DNA of 64,000 nt from the NCBI GenBank assembly GCA_036003765.1, contig DASYSC010000012.1, forward strand, positions 4,787-68,786, written 5' to 3'. Below, in pieces: positions 27,815 to 36,585 of the stretch (position 1 is its first letter; every line of letters begins with the position of its first letter). Source of the stretch: Candidatus Limnocylindria bacterium (GTDB taxonomy: Bacteria; Chloroflexota; Limnocylindria; P2-11E). The notes below the pieces were generated by a model. It was not told the origin of the DNA and did not search any database. It saw only the letters and a list, made by a program, of their open reading frames with translations. A program made the position numbers and the translations under genes.

Positions 27815-28434
27815 ACGTCAGCGCTCCGCTCACGCGCCCGTTCGACGGCCTCGCCAGCCGGATCGACGCGCTCGGCGTGCGGAGCGTGGGCTTCACGAGC
27901 GCCCTGCTCGGCGAAGGCGTGAGCACGATCGCCCTCGGGACCGCGCTCTCGCTCGCCGAGCTACGCGATGACCCCGTTCTTCTCGTCGACGCGAACTGGC
28001 TACAGCCATCGCTCACAAACGACGCGGGGCTCGAGAGCGCACCCGGGGTTGCCGATCATCTTGCGCACCCGGCGAAGCGTGATGCGGCGCGGCGAACCCT
28101 CGGGTCGGGACTCGCTTTCCTCCCCGTGGGCGACCGCACCCTCGCGCGCCCGACCCTGCGCGCAGTCGGCTCGTTCCTCGCGAACGAGGTCGGCGCGCTC
28201 GAAACGGTCATCGTCGACCTCCCGCCGATCCTCGCCGGCGAGCCTTTCGTGCTGCCGTGGGCCGCGACCCTCGACCAGATCTGCGTCGTGGTCCGCGAGG
28301 AGGCAACGCCCCTGCCGCTGGTCCGCCAGGCGCTCGGCCGGCTCGGAGCGGCGTCCGCGCCGTACATCATCCTGAATCGAGCGAAGGCCTCGTCCGTCGA
28401 CGTTCCGGCCAAGCTCATCGCCGCACGTACGTGA
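27811..28434 (+). CDS. BY-kinase/CpsD-like P-loop protein with degenerate Walker A
   Basis: VGFTSALLGEGVSTIALGTALSLA aligns to the CpsD/Wze Walker A (GEGKST) but has Val in place of Lys. Walker-B-like VIVDLPP is present. No C-terminal Tyr cluster. GTGA overlap with the wzz-like gene. Confidence 0.6.
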   Translation: MNVSAPLTRPFDGLASRIDALGVRSVGFTSALLGEGVSTIALGTALSLAELRDDPVLLVDANWLQPSLTNDAGLESAPGVADHLAHPAKRDAARRTLGSGLAFLPVGDRTLARPTLRAVGSFLANEVGALETVIVDLPPILAGEPFVLPWAATLDQICVVVREEATPLPLVRQALGRLGAASAPYIILNRAKASSVDVPAKLIAART

Positions 28435-28583
28435 TCTACACGGCGGTCGCGGTGCTCTTCTTCCTCATCTGCGGCGGACTTGGCGCGGCCGGAGGGATTT
28501 CGGTCGCGCGCCCCCGCCTCACGGTGCTGCTCGCGGTCGCGATGGTGGCCGCGCAGCTTGCGCTGCTCCTGTTCTCGCGATGA
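28431..28583 (+). CDS. candidate 50-aa two-helix membrane peptide
   Basis: GTG 28431 overlaps the upstream TGA (GTGA) and its TGA overlaps the downstream ATG 28580 (ATGA). Product MIYTAVAVLFFLICGGLGAAGGISVARPRLTVLLAVAMVAAQLALLLFSR is two hydrophobic segments around a basic turn. Confidence 0.45.
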   Translation: MIYTAVAVLFFLICGGLGAAGGISVARPRLTVLLAVAMVAAQLALLLFSR

Positions 28584-30118
28584 GCACCTCGTTCGGGGTC
28601 GTCGAAACCCGCTGGCCCTCGAGCGATCTCTACGCGACGCGCGCGCGCCGCGGAGTGATTGCGATCGGCATGTTCGCCCTCGCGCTCGCGGCGGCGTACG
28701 CGACAGCGATCGTCGCGACGGAGAGCGAGCCGTTGCTGGTCGCGCCGCTCGTCGCGAGCGTCATCGCGATTCTGGTCATCGCGCATCCGGTCGTCGGCGT
28801 CTACCTGCTGTTCGCCGCCGCGCTGCTGTTCGAGCAGTTTCCGATCACCGGGCTGGACCCGATCACGGCACAGAGCCACATCTTCCAGAACGTGTCCGCC
28901 TACACGCCGCTGCCGATCCGCCTGAGCCTCGCGGACCTGCTCATGGCCCTGACGGGCGCCGGCCTGATCGTGCGCCGGCTCTCCCGGCCGGCGGACGGCC
29001 TGCGCCTGGGCCCTTTGGGGTGGGGCATCGCGGCGTACGCGTCGGCGTTCGCGCTCAGCGGTGTCATCGGCGCGGCGCGCGGCGCGATGGATGTCGAGAT
29101 CGCCCTGAACGAGATGCGTGCCCCGCTCGAGCTCTGCGCCGTCTATTTCCTCGCGACGAATCTCGTTCGGGACCGCGGTCAGCTCACCGTCCTGGTCTGG
29201 ACGTTCGTGGCCATCGTCGGAGTGAAGGCGCTGCAGGGCATCCTGAACTACCAGGACGCTCCGGGATGGAGCGCGTACGACGCCAGCGCCGTCACCGGTC
29301 ACGAGGACGTCGTGTTCTTCGACACGGCCATCGCGCTCGCGGTTGTCATGGCCGTGATCGGCATCCGCTCGAAGCTCTTCATCGTCCTCCTCGCGCTTCA
29401 ACCGCTGATCCTCACGGCGCTCTTCCTGGACCAGCGGCGTACCGCCTTCATCGCGCTCGGCGCGGTGCTGTTGGTACTCACGCTCCTCGTGCTCTTCGCC
29501 AGTCCCCGGCGCGGCATGGTGCTCGCCGGCGTCGCCGCCCTGGCGTTTGGCTCATATGTCGTGCTGTTTTGGGATGCGAGCGGTCCGATCGCCGAGCCGA
29601 TCCGCGCCGTTCGCGGCGTGGTCGATGCCAGCTCAGTCAGCACACGCGATCAGAGCTCCAACGCGTGGCGCAAGATCGAGAACCACAACATCGCGTTCAC
29701 GATGCGGCAGGTGCCGCTCACCGGGGTCGGCCTGGGACAGCGGTACATGTTCCACGAGCAGCCGCCGCCGCTCTACGACTTCATCTACTGGCAGTACATC
29801 ACCCACAACGCCCTGCTCTGGCTCTGGTTGAAGGCCGGACCCTTCGCGGCATTCGCGCTGTGGTTCGTCGTCGCGCGGGCTCTCCTGCTCGGCTCGGCCA
29901 TTTTCGCCCGAGGCGGTGATCGAAGGATCCGCTGGATCGCGGCGCTGCCGGTAGCGCTCGTCGTGAGTCAGGTGCTCTTCTCTTCGGTCGACCTCGGGCT
30001 GACTTACAGCCGGAGCATGATCGTGCTCGGCACCGCCCTGGGTTTCATGGCGTGCCTCGTCGAGATCGCCGCATCGCGCGCGTCCCGGCCCATCGTCCTG
30101 GTGGGTGGGGCGAGATGA
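28580..30118 (+). CDS. O-antigen polymerase/ligase-like (Wzy family) membrane protein
   Basis: Polytopic hydrophobic protein of 512 aa with a large loop late in the sequence, sitting between the PCP/kinase-like genes and the flippase. The family call rests on topology and context only. Confidence 0.65.
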   Translation: MSTSFGVVETRWPSSDLYATRARRGVIAIGMFALALAAAYATAIVATESEPLLVAPLVASVIAILVIAHPVVGVYLLFAAALLFEQFPITGLDPITAQSHIFQNVSAYTPLPIRLSLADLLMALTGAGLIVRRLSRPADGLRLGPLGWGIAAYASAFALSGVIGAARGAMDVEIALNEMRAPLELCAVYFLATNLVRDRGQLTVLVWTFVAIVGVKALQGILNYQDAPGWSAYDASAVTGHEDVVFFDTAIALAVVMAVIGIRSKLFIVLLALQPLILTALFLDQRRTAFIALGAVLLVLTLLVLFASPRRGMVLAGVAALAFGSYVVLFWDASGPIAEPIRAVRGVVDASSVSTRDQSSNAWRKIENHNIAFTMRQVPLTGVGLGQRYMFHEQPPPLYDFIYWQYITHNALLWLWLKAGPFAAFALWFVVARALLLGSAIFARGGDRRIRWIAALPVALVVSQVLFSSVDLGLTYSRSMIVLGTALGFMACLVEIAASRASRPIVLVGGAR

Positions 30119-31572
30119 CCATCCTCCGCGGCGTCGCGCGAAACATCGGGGTGCTCGCGGCCTCGCGGGTCGTGATGTGGGTCGCCGCATTCGCGTTCAC
30201 CATCGCTCAGGCGCGCTACCTGGGCCCGGGCCGGTTCGGCGAGCTGTCCGTCGCGCTCACGTACGCCGCGCTCCTCTCCATCGTCGTGGATTTCGGATTG
30301 GGAACGCAGCTCAGCCGAATGGTGGCGCAGCGGTCGCGCGGGCACGAGGATGCGCTCGCCGCGACGATCGCGGTGCGCGCCGGCCTCTGGCTCGCGGCCG
30401 TGCCCTGGCTCTGGCTGCTCACCGTGGCGTTCGCGTACGGTCCCGAGCTGCAGGAGACCATCCTCATCCTGGCCGTGTCGGTCCTCCTGATCGGCGCGAG
30501 CAACACCATCGCGTCGTTCCTCCAGGGTCGCGAGGAGTTCGTGCTTCCATCGATCGCGGCGGCTGCGCAGGGGCTCACCGCGGCCGGGGTCGGAATGGTC
30601 GTTCTCGTCTCCCGGCCGGATATCACCGCCATCGCGGACGCCTTCGTGCTCGCCGCGGCTGTCAATCTCGCGGTGCTCCTGCTCGATCGCCGTGCCCGGC
30701 AATGGCTGCGCTCGAGGACCGATGCGCGCGCCGCGCTCGGCCTGCTTCGCAGCGCGGTGCCTCTTGGCATCTACGCGATCGCCACGACCTTCTACTTCGG
30801 CGTGGACATGGTCATGCTCGAACGTCTCTTGCCACCGGAGAACGTCGGCTGGTACGCGGCCGCGTACAGGCCCTTCGGCACGGCCACCATCCTCCCGGCC
30901 ATCGTTGCGGGGACCGTTCTCTACCCCGTTCTTTCGCGCCTGTCGCTCGGCTCGCGCGACGAGCTTCGCGCCGTGATCGCGAAGGCGCTCACCGTCCTCA
31001 CGCTCGCCGGCGTCGCCATCGCGCTCGTGTTCGCACTCTTCGCCGAGCGCATCGTCGGGCTGCTGTATCCGGCGCACTCGTATGCCGAGGCCGCGGTCGC
31101 GCTCCGGCTGCTGGCGCCTGGTCTCGTTTTCATCTACCTCAACTGGGTCTTCGCGACCGCGCTCCTCGGCCTTGGCCAGGAACGGCGCCTTGTCGTGATG
31201 GCGCTCGCCACCGCCGTTCTCAACCCGCTCATGAATCTCGCGGCGATCCCGCTCTTCCAGCAGACGGGCGCGGCGTTCGTGACTTCGCTGACCGAGCTCG
31301 TTGTGCTCGTGTGGCTCGTGCGCATGATGCCGCGGGACCTGGTGCGGCTCGAGAGCCTCCGGGTTGGCGTGAAGGCCCTCGCCGCCGCGGGTATCGCGGC
31401 GCTCCTGCTTGTTCCGCTCCGCGAGCAGCCGCTCATGGTCTCCGCTCCAGCCGCGATCACGCTCTACGCGGCCGGCGCCCTCGCGCTGCGTACCATCACC
31501 ACGCGCGAGCTCGTCGCGCTCGGCGCCGTCGTGCTGCCGCTCCGTCCCGCCGCGCGCGGGGAGGCCCGGTAA
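30115..31572 (+). CDS. wzx: polysaccharide flippase (Wzx/MOP superfamily)
   Basis: ATG 30115 (ATGA overlap). N-terminus MTILRGVARNIGVLAASRVVMWVAAFAFTIAQARYLGPGRFGELSVAL is typical of Wzx-type transporters, with about 12-14 hydrophobic segments. Confidence 0.75.
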   Translation: MTILRGVARNIGVLAASRVVMWVAAFAFTIAQARYLGPGRFGELSVALTYAALLSIVVDFGLGTQLSRMVAQRSRGHEDALAATIAVRAGLWLAAVPWLWLLTVAFAYGPELQETILILAVSVLLIGASNTIASFLQGREEFVLPSIAAAAQGLTAAGVGMVVLVSRPDITAIADAFVLAAAVNLAVLLLDRRARQWLRSRTDARAALGLLRSAVPLGIYAIATTFYFGVDMVMLERLLPPENVGWYAAAYRPFGTATILPAIVAGTVLYPVLSRLSLGSRDELRAVIAKALTVLTLAGVAIALVFALFAERIVGLLYPAHSYAEAAVALRLLAPGLVFIYLNWVFATALLGLGQERRLVVMALATAVLNPLMNLAAIPLFQQTGAAFVTSLTELVVLVWLVRMMPRDLVRLESLRVGVKALAAAGIAALLLVPLREQPLMVSAPAAITLYAAGALALRTITTRELVALGAVVLPLRPAARGEAR

Positions 31573-32790
31573 GTGGCGAGGATCTGTGTGATCCGCCAAG
31601 GCGTCTATCCCTACGACGCGCGCGTGACGCGCGAGGTCCGTTCACTTCTGGCGGCGGGTCACGAGGTCGATCTTGTCTGCCTCCAGTGGGGCGACCTGCC
31701 GCGCAGCGAACGTGATGGCCGGTTGACGGTCCACCGCCTCGCCGTGGAGCGCCGCCACGGCGGCAAGCTCCGCTACCTCCTCGAGTACGCCGCATTCTTC
31801 GTCGCAGCGGCGCTGCTCGTCACGAGGCTTCACCTGCGGCACCGCTTCGACCTCGTGCAGGTGAACTCCTTACCGGATTGCCTGGTGTTCGCCGCCGCCG
31901 TTCCGCGGCTGCTTGGCGCACGCGTGCTCCTCGATCTCCACGAGTGCATGCCGGAGTTCTTCGCGCTGAAGTACAGGCTCTCGCCACGGCACCCGCTCGT
32001 GCGCCTTTTGGGGTCGTGCGAACAGCTGAGCATTCGCTTCGCCGATGCCGCGATCACCTGCACCGAGCCGATGCGGCAGCGATTCGTCGAGCGCGGTGCG
32101 CCCGCGGGCAAGGTCGGCGTCGTACTGAACTCGTTCGACGACGAGCGGTTCGACCCGCGGCGCTACGCGGCCATCACCCGGAACGACGGCCGTTTCATGC
32201 TCGTCTTCCACGGCACGATCGACCACATGTATGGCCTCGACCTCGTGATCCGCGCCGTCGCGGCGCTCCGCGATCGCATCCCGAACCTCACGCTGCGCAT
32301 CTATGGGGACGGGCCGCGCCGCGCGTCTCTTGAGGCCCTGGCCACCGAGCTCGATGTCGCGGACCGCGTGTGGTTTAGCCGCGGATGGCTCCCGCTCGAC
32401 GAGCTGTTGCCGCGCATCGCGGAGGCCGACGCGGGGGTCGTGGCGATCAGGCGCGATGCGTGTTTCGACCTGACCCACAGCAACAAGATGTTCGATCTCA
32501 TCGCGCTGCGTAAGCCGGTGGTGATCTCGCGGACGCGAGCGGTCGAGGCGTACTTCGACGAGGGGTGCTTCGAGCTGTTCGAGTCTGGAAACGAGCATGA
32601 CCTCGCGCGCGCGATCTACGACCTGCACAGGGATCCCGAGCGGCGTCGTCGACTGGTCGAGAGAGCCGCCCAGGTCGGCGAGCCCTACCGCTGGTCGCAC
32701 CAGGCGAAGCGCTATGTCGGGGTCGTGGATCGGCTCATCGAAAGCGCCGGCCGGGAGCCGCTCGCGACCGGACAGGTGGAGCACGCATGA
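31573..32790 (+). CDS. family 4 glycosyltransferase
   Basis: GT-B N-terminus (ICVIRQGVYPYDARVTREV..L..AGHEVDLVC) and a C-terminal GT4 block (RIYGDGP...L...A.ELDVADRVWF.G...DELL..I..ADAGVV). The GTG start abuts the wzx stop. Confidence 0.8.
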   Translation: MARICVIRQGVYPYDARVTREVRSLLAAGHEVDLVCLQWGDLPRSERDGRLTVHRLAVERRHGGKLRYLLEYAAFFVAAALLVTRLHLRHRFDLVQVNSLPDCLVFAAAVPRLLGARVLLDLHECMPEFFALKYRLSPRHPLVRLLGSCEQLSIRFADAAITCTEPMRQRFVERGAPAGKVGVVLNSFDDERFDPRRYAAITRNDGRFMLVFHGTIDHMYGLDLVIRAVAALRDRIPNLTLRIYGDGPRRASLEALATELDVADRVWFSRGWLPLDELLPRIAEADAGVVAIRRDACFDLTHSNKMFDLIALRKPVVISRTRAVEAYFDEGCFELFESGNEHDLARAIYDLHRDPERRRRLVERAAQVGEPYRWSHQAKRYVGVVDRLIESAGREPLATGQVEHA

Positions 32791-34100
32791 GCCTCGCGAT
32801 GAGCCTTCGCGGGCGCGGTCCGTCCGGTTCCGCCGCACGCACGGCCCGGGTGCTGTCCCGCTTCGGCGCGACCGCCGGAGCGATGACCGCGCGTCTCGAG
32901 CGGTACCGAGCGGTCGCGACGGAGTTCGGCGTCCGGCCGACATGGCCGACGACCGCGTGCGTCCTCGCACGCCATCCCGAGCTGCTCAAGCGGTACGCGG
33001 ATGGCGGCGCCGAGCTCGCGGTTCACGGCCTCGTGCACGGGGACCACGCCATGCTTGGCCGAGACCAGCAGCGCGAGACCATCGCGCGCGCCGTCGGGAT
33101 CTTCGAGCGCGCCGGCCTCGATCCGAGCGGCTTCCGTGGGCCGTATCTGCGGTACAACGACGCGACCCTCGAGGTGCTCGCCGAGCTCGGCTTCCGGTAC
33201 CACAGCAGCCAAGCCGTCGCGTTCCCGAGGACCCACGGCGGTGCCGCTGCCGCATCCGGCCAGAGGAGCTACGACCTCGCCCTCGACCTCTACGCCGCGC
33301 ACGACGCCACGCGGCTGGCGGTCCGGCCGCGAGTGCGCGGCGCGCTCGTCGACATCCCGGTCGCGATCCCGGACGACGAGATCATCCTCGAGCGCCTCCA
33401 CCTCGATCCCCCTGCGCGCGTTGCCGAATGGTTGCGCGTCTTCGAGCGCTGCTACCGGCGGGGGGACCTGTTCACCCTGCAGCTGCACCCCGAGCGCATC
33501 GTCGAGCTCGAGGACGCCCTTCGCGTGACGTTGGCCGAGGCGCGCCGGCTCCGACCACGCGTGTTCGTCGCCCGACTCGATGAGCTCGCCGCGTGGTGGT
33601 GGCGCCGCGACCGGTTCTCGTTATGCGTCCGCCGCACGCCCGACGGCGGTTTCCGCGTCCAGCTCGACGCGGATCGCGACGCGACGCTGCTGGTCCGGGG
33701 TCTCGAAGTCCCGAGCATGCCGTGGCGCGGACGCGACGCCGTCGCGGTGCGTCCGTCCTTCGAGGTTGCGGCGGGACGGATGCCCGTCGTGGGGATCTCG
33801 CGACGTACCCCGGCGGACGTGGCGGGATTCCTCGCCGAGGAAGGTCTGCCGTTCGAGGTCTCGGACGAGCCTGGCGCGTACGGAGCGTATCTCGACATCG
33901 GCGCCGCCCACTGGAACGAGGCGACGGTCCTCGACGCGATCGATGAGGCCCCCGGACCCCTCGTCCGGCTGTGGCGATGGCCGAACGGCGCGGGAAGCGC
34001 GCTCGCGATCACGGGCGACATCGACGCGCTCACGCTCAAGGACTTCCTGCTGCGGTCCTGGGAGACGAGCCGAATCTCGACCGGGAGGTGGGCGCGCTGA
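32787..34100 (+). CDS. polysaccharide deacetylase family protein (two-part)
   Basis: GAELAVHGLVHGDH...GFRGPYLRYND in the N-terminal half, and a second carbohydrate-esterase-like segment near ALAITGDIDALTLKDF. ATGA overlaps on both sides. Confidence 0.65.
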   Translation: MSLAMSLRGRGPSGSAARTARVLSRFGATAGAMTARLERYRAVATEFGVRPTWPTTACVLARHPELLKRYADGGAELAVHGLVHGDHAMLGRDQQRETIARAVGIFERAGLDPSGFRGPYLRYNDATLEVLAELGFRYHSSQAVAFPRTHGGAAAASGQRSYDLALDLYAAHDATRLAVRPRVRGALVDIPVAIPDDEIILERLHLDPPARVAEWLRVFERCYRRGDLFTLQLHPERIVELEDALRVTLAEARRLRPRVFVARLDELAAWWWRRDRFSLCVRRTPDGGFRVQLDADRDATLLVRGLEVPSMPWRGRDAVAVRPSFEVAAGRMPVVGISRRTPADVAGFLAEEGLPFEVSDEPGAYGAYLDIGAAHWNEATVLDAIDEAPGPLVRLWRWPNGAGSALAITGDIDALTLKDFLLRSWETSRISTGRWAR

Positions 34101-35317
34101 TGGACGTCGTCGTTGTGGGGGCAGGTCCGTATGGCCTCGCGGCAGCTGCGCATCTCGCTGACTCGGGCGCGAACGTCCGAGTCTTCGGTACGCCAATGTC
34201 CTTCTGGGTGCGGCACATGCCAGGCGGCATGCTGCTCCGCAGCCCGTGGGGCGCGTCGCACATCGCGGACCCGCGCTCCGCGCTCACGCTCGACGCGTTC
34301 GAGCGTGGCCGGTCCGCACGGCTCTCGCGCCCGGTGCCACTGGGCGACTTCGTCGCATATGGACGCTGGTTCCAGCGGCAGGCCGTGCCTCGGGTCGACG
34401 AGCGGCAGGTCGCGCGCATCGACGGGCACGGACCGAACCTGCGTGTGACGCTCGACGACGGCGAAGCGCTGCGCGCCCATCGAATCGTGGTCGCGACGGG
34501 GATCGGATCCTTCGCGCACCGCCCGCCGGAGTTCGACGATCTCCCCGCGGGACTCGCGAGGCATTCCAGCGAGCTCGTCGACCTCACCGAGCTCACCGGC
34601 CGGAGGGTCGTGGTCGTCGGTGGTGGTCAGAGCGCGGTCGAGTCCGCGGTCCTGCTCCACGAGGCGGGCGCCGAGGTCGAGCTGGTCATGCGCGCGCCAC
34701 GCGTTCGCTGGGTCGGCCGCGCGACTCGAAAGGGTCTCCTCGGGCGGCTCTTCTTCCACCGCACCGATGTCGGACCGGCTGTCGTAAGCCACCTCGTCGC
34801 GCGTCCGACGCTACTCCGCAGGCTGCCACGATTCGTGCACCGCGAGGCGATGCGACGGTCGCTCGCTCCCGGGGCGTCGCTCTGGCTTCGCGAGCGCGCG
34901 CGCGACATGACGATCAGCACCGGCCGGCGGATCACGTCCGCGGCCCGCGCGAACGCCCACGTGCGACTGGGCCTCGACGACGGGACCCACCGCGACGTCG
35001 ACCAGGTGGTGCTCGCGACCGGCTATCGAGTCGACGTTCGCCGCCACGAGTTCCTCGCGCCGGCCGTGGTCGGGGCGCTCCGCTGCGTCGACGGCTATCC
35101 GGTGCTTACCGGCGGGCTCGAGTCGTCGGTACCGGGACTCCATTTCCTCGGCGCCCCCGCGGCGCATTCATTCGGGCCGCTCCTCCGCTTCGTCTCCGGG
35201 ACGGAGTTCGCGGCTCGCGCACTCGTCCGTTCGATCACCCGCGAGCGCGCAAGTTCGGTCGAGCGCGGGCGGGACGAGCCGGCGTTCGAGTACCGCTCCG
35301 CGGAGCGGCGCGCGTGA
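34100..35317 (+). CDS. FAD/NAD(P)-dependent oxidoreductase (flavin-monooxygenase/N-hydroxylase-like)
   Basis: Two Rossmann dinucleotide motifs: MDVVVVGAGPYGLAAAAHL and RVVVVGGGQSAVESAVLLHEAGAEVELV. C-terminal ATGY-type block (VVLATGYRVD). Confidence 0.7.
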   Translation: MDVVVVGAGPYGLAAAAHLADSGANVRVFGTPMSFWVRHMPGGMLLRSPWGASHIADPRSALTLDAFERGRSARLSRPVPLGDFVAYGRWFQRQAVPRVDERQVARIDGHGPNLRVTLDDGEALRAHRIVVATGIGSFAHRPPEFDDLPAGLARHSSELVDLTELTGRRVVVVGGGQSAVESAVLLHEAGAEVELVMRAPRVRWVGRATRKGLLGRLFFHRTDVGPAVVSHLVARPTLLRRLPRFVHREAMRRSLAPGASLWLRERARDMTISTGRRITSAARANAHVRLGLDDGTHRDVDQVVLATGYRVDVRRHEFLAPAVVGALRCVDGYPVLTGGLESSVPGLHFLGAPAAHSFGPLLRFVSGTEFAARALVRSITRERASSVERGRDEPAFEYRSAERRA

Positions 35318-36585
35318 TGGCCAAGGACCGAGGGCACAGCGCGCCTCGCGGAGCGCTCGTCCTGGGCAGCGACTACAAGGCCCTGGGCATCGCGCGGAGC
35401 CTCGGGCGACATGGGATCCCGGTGTGGATCCTGCGCGACGACCATCTCCTCGCGAGCTGCTCTCGCTACTGCACACGTAGCCTCGCCTGGACGGCGACCA
35501 CGGATGACGAACGGGTGACGGACTTGCTCGGCCTCGGCGCGCGCTACGCGCTCGATGGCTGGGCGCTTTTCCCGACCGATGACGAAACGGCGGCGCTCCT
35601 CTCTCGCAATCGACGAGCGCTTTCGACGCGTTTCGTGATCACCACGCCGAAGTGGGAGGTGCTGCGGTGGGCATATGACAAGCGCCTGACGTACCGGCTC
35701 GCCGCCGGCCTCGGCGTCGACCACCCGCGCACGCATTACCCCCAGAGCGGAGGCGAGCTCGCCGGCCTGGAGATCGCGTACCCCGCGATCCTCAAGCCAG
35801 CGCTGCGCGCCGAGGAGAACCGGTTCACGATGGCGAAAGCCTGGCGCGCCGACGACCGTGTGTCCCTCCTCGCGAAGTACGACGAAGCCACGCGGCTCGT
35901 CGACCCCTCGCTGATCATGGTCCAGGAGCTCATTCCCGGAGGCGGCGGCTGCCAGCTGTCTTACGCGGCGCTCTGTCGCGACGGACGTCCGATCGCATCG
36001 GTCGTCGCGCGCCGCACGCGACAGTGGCCTATGGACTTCGGCCGGGCAAGCACGTACGTGGAGACGATCGACGACCCGGAGGTCGAAGCGAGCGCGACGC
36101 GCATCCTGGCCGTGCTCGGCTACAGCGGCATCGTCGAAGTGGAATTCAAGCGCGATCCGCGCGACGGCCGGCTCAAGCTGCTCGACATCAATCCGCGCGT
36201 GTGGGGCTGGCATAGCGTCGGGCGGCGCGCGGGCGTCGATTTCCCGTACCTGCTGTGGCGGATGCTGAGCGACGAGCCGCTGCCTCGGCTCCGCGGCCGG
36301 ACGGGGGTCCGCTGGGTGCGCGCGCTCACGGACGTGCCGACGGTACTGGGCGAGATCCGCGCTCGGCGCCTTTCGCTCGGCGCCTACCTGCGGTCGCTCC
36401 GAGGACCGATCGAGTTCGCGATCTTCGCTCCCGACGACCCGCTGCCTGCGCTCGTCGAGCTCCCCGCGTCGTGTGCGCTGGCCTGGCGTCGGCGGATGCG
36501 GCGTGCTGGCGGAGCGGCCGCGCCCGCCAGCGTCGGTGAAACAGCCACGACGCCGCTCGCGTCGGGGCGCGGTGCATCACAGTGA
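35317..36585 (+). CDS. ATP-grasp enzyme (COG3919-like carboxylate-amine ligase)
   Basis: ALVLGSDYKALGIARSLGRHGIPVWIL at the N-terminus, with YPAILKP..., MVQELIPGGG and GIVEVEFKRDPRDGRLKLLDINPR (ATP-grasp core). The track ORF 34246-36585 is a shadow frame upstream of ATG 35317. Confidence 0.7.
   Translation: MAKDRGHSAPRGALVLGSDYKALGIARSLGRHGIPVWILRDDHLLASCSRYCTRSLAWTATTDDERVTDLLGLGARYALDGWALFPTDDETAALLSRNRRALSTRFVITTPKWEVLRWAYDKRLTYRLAAGLGVDHPRTHYPQSGGELAGLEIAYPAILKPALRAEENRFTMAKAWRADDRVSLLAKYDEATRLVDPSLIMVQELIPGGGGCQLSYAALCRDGRPIASVVARRTRQWPMDFGRASTYVETIDDPEVEASATRILAVLGYSGIVEVEFKRDPRDGRLKLLDINPRVWGWHSVGRRAGVDFPYLLWRMLSDEPLPRLRGRTGVRWVRALTDVPTVLGEIRARRLSLGAYLRSLRGPIEFAIFAPDDPLPALVELPASCALAWRRRMRRAGGAAAPASVGETATTPLASGRGASQ

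Noticed and set aside
30004-31599. 531-aa minus-strand ORF and 536-aa plus-strand alternative frame over wzx
   Set aside because: Both are Arg/Gly-rich and non-membrane. The frame starting at ATG 30115 gives a coherent polytopic Wzx-like protein with ATGA coupling.
34246-36585. 779-aa ORF suggesting one giant protein
   Set aside because: The first 357 codons are an out-of-frame overlay of the FAD-oxidoreductase gene (Arg-rich nonsense). The real ATP-grasp gene starts at ATG 35317, which overlaps the upstream TGA.
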